From: Octopus bimaculoides
Lineage: Eukaryota
Direction: 5' to 3'
Assembly: GCF_001194135.2 (NCBI RefSeq)
Contig: NC_068981.1
Location: forward strand, 148,269,747 to 148,328,218
Length of the DNA stretch: 58,472 nucleotides
The translations under genes were made by a program, and so were the position numbers. Shown here one piece after another: positions 48,481 through 58,472 of this stretch (position 1 is its first letter; the number at the start of each line of letters is the position of its first letter). The notes under the pieces are model-generated. The model was not told where the DNA came from, did not search any database, and saw only the letters and a list, made by a program, of their open reading frames with translations.

Positions 48481-50781
48481 CCCTTTTAAAATGGTTGATG
48501 TAAATTTACGCATGCTGTAAATCATGTACATGCGTTAAATCAGTTGATGTAATTATACGCTGCCTGACTTAAAACCAGTTGCTTGAGTTAGTACTGGTCC
48601 ATTTGCCGACTGATAGGCCGATTAGATGCTTCATGTAAATATTTACAACCCTGGTCCTTCAACTTTGGCTCTGTCAACTTCGTCATCATGTTTTGTTGAA
48701 TTTACAGTTGTCACATCCTACCACACCAGCTCTGTCAACTTTGTCATTGCATCTTGTTTTGTTGAATTTATGGTCATCATGCAAAGCTCCATGAAGCTTC
48801 ACCACCTCACCGGTTGTTTCTTCCGGTTCGGATGATGACTCGGAGAGTGAGTATTTTCCTAGTTCAGAACCAGATGATTCTGATAGCAATGATGATATTC
48901 TTGTGAATTATAGGTACAGGAAGGTAGCAGTGAATGGCTCTGGACAACAAAATGTTGAGTGGTGAGTGAGAGACAATTTTGTCTGATGGCATGGGTTTAC
49001 TGGTACGCCTGGTATAAAGGCAAACCTTGAACATGGAAGTTCACCATTGGAAATCTTCCATGAGTTTTTGATGGATGAAATATTCCAATATATAGTGGAT
49101 GAAATGAATGACTATGCTGAAAATCATCCCCTGCATGTCAGACCCGGGCATGGCAGTGAATGATTTCCAACCACAGGGGACAAAATCAAAGTTCTGATTG
49201 CCCAGATGACACTGATAGGCATCATGGAGAAACTGATCCTGGCGTCATATTGGAATCAGGATCCAGCCATGTCGACACCTTTCTTTCTGGAAGCGATACC
49301 ATGTGATTGATTTTTGGTGCTTCTTTGAAATCTACATTTCAACTCAGGTGAGAACCAGGATGACAGACTGCACAAAATATGTCCTATCGTTGACGAAGTG
49401 GCTGAACATTTCAGAACAGTGTATGTTCCCACACAAGACATTTGTATGGATGAGAGTTTGAGGAAATTGAAGGTAAGGCTCCAATTCAAACAATACAATC
49501 CGATCAAATGTGCCCAGTTTGGAGTTAAGGTTTATAAAGTATGCCACTCAACTGGAAGAGCCTGTGGGTACACATGAAATTACAAAATCTACACTGGTCA
49601 GGACAGATTGGATCTTCCAGCATCTACTCTAGTGTCAACTGATGTCATGTTGCTACTGAATGAAAACTTGTTTATATGGACAACTGGTTTTCCAGTCCAG
49701 ACCTCTTCCTGCAGCTGATGAGGACTAATGCCTGTGGGACTGTGAGGATGCACAGGAAAAACATGCTGCCCGATCGTCACAAGATACAACTTCGAAAGAG
49801 AGAAACAGCATACTGATGCACCGATAGTGACATTATCGCTCTAGTGTGGTGTGACCAGAAAAACATCTGCATGTTATCCACAATGCATTCTGCAAGCATG
49901 AAGGACACTTGGAAACAAGATGTGGGCAGTAATGCCATAATGAAACCAAGTGTAGTTATTTCATACAATGAAGGGATGGGCAGGGTTGGTCACTCAGATC
50001 AGCTGGCGATGATGCACAAATCAGTGAGAAAATTTGTGAAATGGTACAGTAAAATTTTCTTGTATATAGCTGACGTGTGTTGTGAACTCACATTTGATTT
50101 AGCAGACACTTGGCGGTGTGGGGGATGGATTGAAATTCAGGAATCTATTGTTCTGTGAAATGATAGAAGCATCAGACCTGCCAAAGTACAGAATGCATGG
50201 ACGTCCCCATGCCACACTGTCTCCTCACTGCATGGTGAAGGGATGTGGACATTTTCCATGACTGTTTCCCCCCACTGCCAAGAAGACAAATGCTTCAAAG
50301 AGATGCACAGTATGTAAAGCAAATGAGAAACGTAAGGAAACTAGATACCATTGTTCACAATGTGATATGCCACTGTGTGTAGTACCCTGTTTTGCACTCT
50401 ACCACACTGAAATCAATTTTTGAATTCACGTGATTGTAAATACACGAAGTTGATCTGACATTTGCTGTCGAGTGATCTTATTCAGGAATAATACCACATG
50501 AGCATACTATGCAGGGATATAGTTTGGGTAAATAAACAGTCCTTAGTTGATGGAAATATATGCTGAGCTTTATCTTGCACTGAGTGCTGACCTTAATTGG
50601 CGCGATTACTGCTGCCGTGCACGGGCAACTGAATGAATCACTGCCGTAAACTGGTTAAAGCGGTTGATGTAAATATATGCCGAACCATTGTAGTGTGTTA
50701 TTGCTGATCTCAGCTAAGATGATTACTGTCAATGCAACCTAGTTGCTTGATAAAAAAAAACAAAAAAACGTTGTCATGGGG
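48481..50781 (+). mobile_element. Degraded piggyBac transposon (about 2.3 kb)
   Basis: TTAA-CCC at the left end and GGG-TTAA at the right end; internal PGBD-type transposase remnant. Confidence 0.85.
48830..50422 (+). pseudogene. piggyBac (PGBD4-like) transposase pseudogene
   Basis: Acidic N-terminus; ICMDES (Asp codon 49449-49451); YMDNWFSS (49679-49681); WCDQKNICMLSTMH; third Asp position mutated to Gly (GRVGHSDQ, 49988-49990); C-terminal ETRYHCSQCDMPLCVVPCFALYH; multiple stops and frameshifts. Confidence 0.92.
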
Positions 50782-51278
50782 TTAAGGGTACAGGTGTCTT
50801 TGGAGTGCTCAACCACTTGGAAGTTAATTCATGAGCAGGCTGTTCTGTTCATTGGATCAACTGGAACACTTGTCATTATAGCTGATGGCATGCCAGTGTG
50901 TGTGTATGTGTGTGTGTGTGTATGTGTGTGTAAGAGAGAGAGAGGGAGAGAGAAAGAGAAATATATAGAACTGATCTGCGTACTTGACATGTACTTTACT
51001 TATTGACCCCCCCCACCCCATCCATGTAATATGAAAGTAAAGTTGATCAGGCTTTGAAGTCAGAAAATAATTGTGCAGCATTCATTCCAAATGCTGCAAA
51101 GTGTTCTATCTGATGCCACTAAAGGTCCTGCCAATTGGCTGCCTTCTATCCAAAGTATCTTCTTTTGAAGATGATAGTGTATAATTTGAAGGAGATTTGG
51201 TTACTATTTCTAGTAGGCTGAAAACCACCACATAAAGGCCCTCCCTCAGTGACCTGTTGTTAATTGTTTACTACTCAC

Positions 51279-51360
51279 AAAGTTGTTTTAGCAATGCTAG
51301 TTCTCTCAGCAGAGGAAACATCTCCTGAGTTATCTCCAAGACTGATGTCTGCCACATTTG
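51279..51360 (-). CDS. Candidate internal exon of an unidentified host gene
   Basis: Acceptor TCTTTCCTGCATCTCTACAG and donor GTGAGT; 82 nt; two frames open; no recognisable homology. Confidence 0.3.
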
Positions 51361-51745
51361 CTGTAGAGATGCAGGAAAGATTAGATGATAGCGTGAAGAT
51401 GGAGCAATAGATGGGGGCNNNNNNNNNNNNNNNNNNNNNNNNNNGGGGGGGGGGGGGGAGAAAGGGATTGGTAATGCTGACTGATAGGATATGTGGGTGT
51501 GGTGGTAGTAAAGAGTGGAGAAATGTGGATGGTCTGTGTATCGTTGGCAGGACGTTCTACTAGGAAATAAAGAGCCTCACTTGTTTACTCACATGCATAC
51601 ACACACAAACTGATGCATACACGCATGTATATGTGTATATATATATATATGCATGTGTGTGTATGCGTGCATCTGCATATAAATAAATATACACACACAC
51701 ACATATATGCAATTAAATGATGATAATGATATACATATATAAGTG

Positions 51746-51816
<71 letters not shown>

Positions 51817-52734
51817 ATACATGAATGTATACATATGTATAATTATGCATAAACACACCATAGGGTCTACCATGGAAACAGTATAGTTTAGCAAAACATC
51901 AACAAACACGATGACATATTGTCTATTCATGGTGATGCAAGTGGGCGTCTAGCACGAGGATTAAGAGGAATAGGTGGAGGTGGAGAGTGACTGATGTCTG
52001 CAGCAAATATTTACAAGTAACAAGCAACATATTATGAATGGTGCAGCTGTAGAAATATCAGGATATTGGTGTAAAGGCCTTGCAATATTTAATCATGTCC
52101 ATTTTTTTTAGTACTGAATTTAAATTCTGCTTGAGTAGACTTTGTTTTTCATCCCAATAAGAGCAGAGAAATGGGAATGTGTGTGTGAAAGGGGGGTGGG
52201 AAGTAGCCAATAAGCAAGTGGCGATAATATTCAAAAATTAAAAAAAAATTTTGTTAAATTGTTTGGACTGGAGGGAGTGAAGGCTCATGCACATGTTCTT
52301 AAAGGGGCCCTCTGAGACTGGTGTGATAAATGTGGTTAAAATTGTTCACGAACAGCTTACATAAGTACAGAGCCTTAAATTCTTAGTGGTGGTGGTGGTG
52401 GACGGGGTAGGTGGTGGTTGGTGCAGGAATGAAGTTGATTATATTGACCTCAGTACTTGGTTGATATTTTATTTTATCAATTGTGGAAGGATGACAAGCA
52501 AAGTTGTCTGTCCTGTATATGTTTATGTAAGTCCACCAAATCTTAATTTGGGGTATTAGCAAATGAATAGAGAGCCCAACAAAAAGCCTTATTTCCCCAT
52601 TTTATGAAAGTATATTTTGCTTTTCATACATCTGAGGCTGGTGAAATAAATACTAGTCATATATAGTTTTTGATTTAATTTCCATAACTCATTCACACCA
52701 CTTTGAATTTGAGGTGTTTTGCATATGAAAAATA

Positions 52735-53210
52735 TCATCATCATTGTTTAACGTCCATTTTCCATGCTGGCATGGGTTGGATGGTTTGACTGAGGTCTGG
52801 AAAGCCAGTGGCTGCACTAGGCTCCGATCTGATCTGGCAATGTTTCTACAGCTGGATGCCCTTCCTAATGCCAACCACTCTGAGAGTCTAGTGGGTGCGT
52901 TTAATGTGCCACTGGCACAGGAGCCAGTCAGGCGGGCCTGGCATCAACCACATTCGGATGATGTATTTTACGTGCCATCAGCACAGGAGCCTGTCAGGGG
53001 GCACTGGCCACAGCTATGATTTTGGTTTTACTTGACTGAACAGGTCTTCTGAAGCATATCATATCACCTGATGCATCAAGGGTACTTTTAAATGGGCCAG
53101 GCATGTAACACTGGCATCGGCCATGGCTGCGATCTCACTTTAGTTGGTGAGTCTTCTCAATTACAGCATATCTCCCTCCAAAGGTCTCGGTCTCTTGTCA
53201 TTGCCTTTGT
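52735..53210 (-). mobile_element. RTE 3' UTR plus tail
   Basis: Reverse complement of 9360-9890-type sequence; other tails at about 46525-46705(+), 53640-53885(+), 20390-20560(-), 7160-7330(-) and 38480-38590(-). Confidence 0.85.
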
Positions 53211-54382
53211 GAGATCAATATATCAATTACTTTGTAGAAGTATCACAAATAGAGCAAAATTGGTTTATTTTTCTAATGATGATGATGATGGTAATGATGA
53301 TGATGGTGATTGTAATGATGACAACAAGTGATGCTACTGCTGTTGATGATGGTAGTGATGATGATGATGACAATGATGATGATGATTTGTGCAGCTACAG
53401 GTCATTTCTGATTGAGGAGATGTATAGCATTTAAATAGTTGTCCAAAAGACTAGGTACAATCTGTAGACTCATATCTCTGAATATGGCACACTCCTGTCT
53501 AGTTGAGCCTTCATGTGATGTAATGTCTAGTGTGATCTTTGGATGTTGAGTCTCATGGAGGCGATGACAAGTGATTAGGACTTCTGGTGAATTAAAGTGC
53601 TTGAGAAGATGCATCTAGCTAAGAGAAATTGTGGTCATGGCTTAGTGCCGGTGAATGGGCATCTATGCTGGTGACAGGTAAAGCACACCCATGCTGGTGA
53701 CACGTAAAAGGCACCCAGTACACTCTTTGAAGTGGTTGGCATTAGGAAAGGCATCCAGCTATAGAAACCAAGCCCAAACGGACTGGAGCCTGGTGTAGCT
53801 CTCCAGCTTACCATCACCAGTCGATCTGTCAAACCAATTTCAGCATGGAAAATGGACAGTAAGTGATGATGGTGATGATGGTATGGTATTATATGGCATA
53901 CAGATTGGTAAGATGTGGTATGATAGTAAATGTAGAGTAAACCAATGCCAGATCCTTTATTTGTTTTTTGTTTTTTTTATGTCACATAAATATTATGAAA
54001 GCTTAAGCTTCCTATTTACTCTCTTCTCATGTAAATCTGTGATTGTATGGCATTTTCTATTAAGCAACTAATAAGCAATGAATCGGCAGAAATGCTATAG
54101 CAGAGGTCATCCTTTCATCCTTTTCGGGGTCAAGAAAATAAAGAACCAGTTCAGGATGGGAGATTAGTAGAATTGGCAGATTGTTGGATGAGATGATATG
54201 ACCCTTCACCCTTCTATAAGCCACTTCACTACTCACTCAAGTGTCTTTTGCATATAATTTCATGTCTAATCTACACCAGCTCTATGAACAGAGACCTTGA
54301 AAGGGATCATGTCAATTTTTTCTCCTTCAAATGGCATAAAAAAGAGAAAAGACTATAACACTGCCTTTCACCTCCTCTTTAA

Positions 54383-54601
54383 CCCTTTAGCATTCACATT
54401 ATTCTGTCAAAATTAATGATTTTTTTATTCACATTGTTTTAAATTAATCATACATTATTTTGTAGCTATGAGATTTTGATCAGGTAACTTCATTTTTAGA
54501 GTGATAATGTAAAGTTGATGTGAGAGGCCAGATCTGGCCAGTTTGATCATAAAACAGGCAGAATACTTTGGCCAGACATGGCTGGTTTGAATGCTAAAGG
54601 G
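54383..54601. mobile_element. piggyBac-type MITE (219 bp)
   Basis: Perfect 14-bp TIR CCCTTTAGCATTCA / TGAATGCTAAAGGG with TTAA on both sides (54379-54382, 54602-54605). Confidence 0.92.
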
Positions 54602-55118
54602 TTAAACATAAATAACATGTAACTAGAACCCATATGACTATTCTGACTGCTAAGTCCAAATGCCACTAAAACTGAGGAAGTGTTATGGTGAAAGCACATC
54701 CTTAGCATAACTAGGACTGTACTGTTCTCTTCAGACCAAAGAAATACTTCAATCTCCAACCATCACAGACTCTCTATAAAGTTCAGGTGGTACCCATGTG
54801 GCTGTTACTACTGCTTCTGCACATACAGACATCCATAAACTGCAACCAGAGAAAGGTCATTTGACTGATTGTTATAAGGTCATTCATAGGTGCAGGCATA
54901 GTTGTGTGGTTAAGAAGTTTACTTTGCAACCATAGGGTATTGGGTTCAGTCCCAATGAGGGTATCTTGGATAAGTGTCTTCTACTAAAGCAACAGGGTGA
55001 CCAATGCCTTATGAATGCCAATGGAGATTGTTGCTCATCTCATTTAATTCTAGTGATTGTTATTTATTACAGAAAGGTAAATAGATATCAAAATTTACAA
55101 ACTGTTGTAATCCTTAAG

Positions 55119-55613
55119 TTAATTTCTCATGGCACCAGCAGACAAAATGGAAAAGGCATTGCCCCAGAGGATAGTGAGGGAGATGTGCTGACTCATAGGG
55201 CTCACACTTGTGGACAGTAGTTTCCATCTCAACAGGAATGAGCAGGGATATGGTCTGGGGGCTATAAATGCTGGAGGTTTCAACTGCCACAGGCTCAACC
55301 TGTCGGAGAGCGACCAATACTCTGACAGTCTTTTTTCTCAGCCTGACAAGTAGTAGAGCCTGGGCTGGTTGCTGACAACACCAAGTTGCTGCTGGAAAAG
55401 TTGTCACGGCATATGGCATTATAGATGCAGGACCCACCACCATAGAATGGGAAAATTGTCATACCATTCAGCCTTTTACTGTCCCCTCAGTCTAGCCCCA
55501 TTGGCTTCAGCTGGGAAGGGATACCTGCAGCATCTAGGCCATGTTTTATGATCTTATTAAGGGCAGCATGGCAGGGAAGGTGGCCAGCACTATGACAGCA
55601 TGACAGTGAGTGG
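55119..55613 (-). pseudogene. CRE-clade non-LTR retrotransposon C-terminus (Zn knuckle plus RLE), degraded
   Basis: LHSLSC..SAGH..CHAALNKIIKHGLDAAGIPSQLKPMGLD*GDSKRLNGMT...CRDNFSSSNL...EPVAVETS...WGNAFSIL, matching the remembered CRE consensus RHxxLN...AGIPSxLEPxGLDRGDGKRPDG...PxAVET...RGNA. Confidence 0.75.
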
Positions 55614-56040
55614 AGTCTTTTGATAGCAAACTTTTCTTCCTTAGTGATGTTTGGATTGGGAAGTTTCACTTTTTCTAGTACCTGTCTCACTTTCCACCTT
55701 AGTTCATCTCCCTGAGCTTTTGATATGTTAATGGCTATCATTTCAATAGGGGCTGTTATGTCCAAGTATGGAATGCGCTTGGTGGTTGTTGCAAAGTTGA
55801 GACCTTTAGTACTGCTTCTTCAGAGCTTTCTAGATGTTGGCTACTTACATTAATTACTGCTTTCACAGGTGGGTGATGGACTTCAGTCTTCATTCTCTGA
55901 CTTTTGAGTTTCATAAACTTCTTAATCTGGTCTTCACCATTTCAAATTCTTTCATGTACAACTTTTCTAGATCTTGTTGGATTCTCTTTCTATCATCATC
56001 ACTAGTTATTTTCCTAAGTAATGGAGATAACCTCTAACAG
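55614..56040 (-). pseudogene. Penelope-like element (PLE-A) N-terminal ORF fragment
   Basis: Frameshifted VxNVSSQHLESSEEAVL/KGLNFATTTKRIPYLDITAPIE...ELRWKVRQVLEKVKLPNPNITKEEKFAIKRL, the typical pre-RT segment of PLEs. Confidence 0.8.
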
Positions 56041-56695
56041 TGTAAAGAAAGGGATTGCTCAGTGCCTAAAACATCAAGCAAAGAATATATGCAGTGATTG
56101 TGATACCCACCACAAAGAAATGATGAAGCTCAGTAACAATCTATTAAGCAACAACTACCCCCAAAACATACTATCTACTCCAATTATGAAGAAAAGAGAA
56201 GATGAGACCAATAAACTGTCTACAGTCTGTCTACCCTATGTGAAATACCTCTCCGAAAAGATACAAAAGATATGCAGTCCATACGACATCAGGACAGTAT
56301 TCAAGAGTAATACAACACTTCGCAAATATCCCCTTCGGGTAAAACCACCAATAGAAGAGAATATGACCAAAAACTGCGTGTACTCCATCCCATGCAGCTG
56401 TGGTAGGTTATACAAAGGCGAAACATGTTGCCCCCTCAAAATAAGGGTAGAGGAACATCGCAAAGCTGTGACACGGGGAGTTATTGATAAATTGGGTATA
56501 GCTGACCATGTATGGAAAAATGGAGACCACCTCCTCCTGTGGGATGAAGTTAAAATAATAGACTGGAAAATGCAAAAACTAAAAGAAGCAGCACATATGC
56601 TAGGACACAAGAACCTCCTAAGCAGACCAAGTGCAGATATGAATAGCATATGGGAACCGGTATTAAGGAAGGATAGGAAAATATTAGATTTATAA
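56040..56695 (+). pseudogene. PLE-A RT thumb plus GIY-YIG endonuclease (5'-truncated, open frame)
   Basis: VKKGIAQCLKHQAKNICS...NNYPQN thumb; CVYSIPCSCGRLYKGET..LKIRVEEH GIY-YIG motif; LKEAAH C-terminal motif. Confidence 0.92.
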
Positions 56696-56725
56696 GCCTT
56701 AAAAATTCACTCCATAATTGCCCAT

Positions 56726-56798
56726 GAGCATATGGCGTGGTGGTTAAGAGTGCGGGCTACTAACCCCAAGAGTCCGAGTTCGATTCCAGGCAGTGACC
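56726..56798 (+). promoter_or_regulatory. tRNA-derived Pol III A/B-box module (not a functional tRNA)
   Basis: A box TGGCGTGGTGG (56733-56743), B box GAGTTCGATTCC (56776-56787), tRNA-like spacing; acceptor stem does not pair; followed by (AAT)n. Confidence 0.8.
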
Positions 56799-56878
56799 TG
56801 AATAACAATAATAATAATAATAATAATAACATTGAAAAATACCTTAGGAATGAGAACCTAGGTTCGAAATTTCCCCAA

Positions 56879-56925
56879 GACACCCGATGAAAGCTGGAGG
56901 GTATATTAAGCCGAAACGTTGTGTT
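56879..56925 (+). ncRNA. Type I hammerhead ribozyme motif, slightly degraded
   Basis: GACAC-CCGATGA-A-AGCT...AGCC-GAAA-CG-TT-GTGTT; stem I 5 bp, palindromic ACGT stem III; U4>C and one stem II mismatch. Confidence 0.75.
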
Positions 56926-57032
56926 AACAACAAACAAGATGAGGACAAATATCCGTCAAATGGAAATAATGGAAATAATGTACTTTGATATAGTTACTAT
57001 ATTTAAAAAAAAGATTTATTAAAATATTTCTG

Positions 57033-58019
57033 AGACAACAGAATGTCGCCAACCTTTGGGGAAGAAGTATGTGTATAGCATGTATTTTGTGTGTAAGCAC
57101 TTTTGTTACTCAACTTCTCAAACATGTCTTCTGGACTAATGGTGGAGAAGTTATTGTAATGGTGTTGACTATTTCTAGTTTAGTTTTGGATTAAGAATTT
57201 TTATAAAGTATTCCTCTTTTGCTTTTCATAGATGATGATTTCATCTTTATTTTGTAAAAGGGGAATATTCTAAATTTTCCATTTGCACAAATACCTAGTT
57301 GTTTACTACATAAAACAACAGTTCTTAACCCAGGGGTCACTCGAGGTTTATCAGGAGTGGGGTGGAATGTAGAGGTGTGGTCATAGAGGGTTTGGGAGAA
57401 AGTAATTTATTTAATGTATCTGAGGTATTGCATTGCAGCTGTACTGCTGTATTGCAGCTGCTAGTGGTATTATGACTGTATGTGCTTCACTCCTGCTCTG
57501 TGATTCCCATTTGAAGACCATAAAATTTATCACAGGGGTCACAGTAATACCCTGGAGGGCCTCAGGGGATAAAACAATAAAAAGAGTTAAGAACCACTGA
57601 CATGGAACATTTCTAAGAGGTGGACCTTTGACTTGCTGTTTGTACATGTTTACTGCATCACATGTCCACAATGCAATGGGAATTACATTGGGGAAACAGG
57701 AACAAAACTCACCAGTCATGTAAATGTACACAAACAGCAATTTAAAGATTCATCTCTAAGAAATGCTCCATGTAGAAAATGTAGAGAAATTTGTGCAAAT
57801 GGAAAATTAAAAATATTCCCCTTTTACAAAAAGATAAAAATTATCAACTTTGAAAGGTAAAAGGATACTTTATAAGAAAAATAAGTCCAAAACTAGACCA
57901 GAAATAGTCAGCACCATTACTAAAAACAACTTGAAAAGTTGAACAACAAAAATGTTCACACACAAAATACACACTGTACACAAACTTCTTCTCCAAAGGT
58001 TGAGGACATTCTGTTGCCT
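57033..58019. mobile_element. Second Penelope-like family (PLE-B) 3' end arranged as a fold-back
   Basis: Plus arm encodes VYCITCPQCNGNYIGETG..L..HVNVHKQQ...KIFPFYK (GIY-YIG); 57033-57315 plus 57600-57654 is the reverse complement of 57720-58019. Confidence 0.82.
57316..57599. mobile_element. hAT (Charlie-like) MITE nested in PLE-B
   Basis: TIRs CAACAGTTCTTAAC / GTTAAGAACCACTG; 8-bp flanks ACATAAAA and ACATGGAA; the PLE arm is continuous when the MITE is removed. Confidence 0.8.
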
Positions 58020-58137
58020 AAATAAAAGTTTTTTACTGCATGGCACCTTTGGTTAGTGTCTTCTACTATAACCTCAGGATGACCAAAGCCTTGTGAGTGG
58101 ATTTGGGAGACAGAAACTGAAGGAAGCTTGTTGTGTA

Positions 58138-58175
<38 letters not shown>

Positions 58176-58472
58176 CAAACCCCTTCAGGTAGATGGCCCT
58201 GCTCAGTATGCAGTAAAGGAGTAAGTAGCAACTCTATAAGATGTACCCGGTGCAAGCTATGGACACATAAGAGGTGCAGCAATATCAAAGGCAGATTAAC
58301 TACAAAGTTAGTTTTTGTATGTGGCAGATGTTCAGGTGCAATAAACACTGTAAACAAACAGGAAACAACTTCTATCTCATTCCAGGGAGAAAAACTAGAG
58401 GTAGTTGATAGCTTCCGCTATCTGGGTGACCAAGTTAGTAGTGGGGGTGGGTGTGCTGAAAGTGTAACTGCT
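58176..58472 (+). mobile_element. RTE LINE RT fragment with intact PHD-like finger, cut by the window end
   Basis: Stop-free 99 codons QTPSGRWPCSVC...FVCGRC...EVVDSFRYLGD...CAESVTA; homologous to 8540-8850. Confidence 0.9.

Noticed and set aside
56726-56798. Functional tRNA gene (apparent ACT anticodon)
   Set aside because: The acceptor stem does not pair and the D, anticodon and T stems are partly broken; only the A/B boxes are intact. The same holds for the SINE heads.

Overview
AT-rich eukaryotic scaffold sequence with many N gaps. The repeat repertoire (tRNA-headed SINEs with internal microsatellites, RTE LINE tails ending in (GAT)n, very dense microsatellites) points to an octopus/cephalopod genome; this is an inference from remembered repeat families, not a database result. 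I recognise no intact host protein-coding gene. Most listed ORFs are microsatellite or gap artefacts, and the rest are transposon remnants. These include two Tc1/mariner elements, a degraded piggyBac, RTE LINE pieces, a Dong/R4-like RLE fragment, a CRE-like RLE fragment, two Penelope-like (PLE) families, hAT/piggyBac/mariner MITEs, a Helentron-type non-autonomous element and several SINE families. The most interesting signals are: (1) three unrelated hammerhead-ribozyme-like motif families (five copies) with palindromic stem III, one placed behind a PLE GIY-YIG ORF and a tRNA-derived Pol III promoter module; (2) repeated fold-back insertions whose arms match within a copy but differ between copies; (3) an in-frame PLE/CRE chimera; (4) a C4HC3 PHD finger embedded inside the RT domain of an RTE LINE; (5) Dong/R4-like elements stacked in (TAA)n tracts. 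A CpG-enriched patch and three candidate short exons hint at host gene(s) that I cannot identify. All alignments were done by eye, so boundaries marked approximate may be off by tens of bases.
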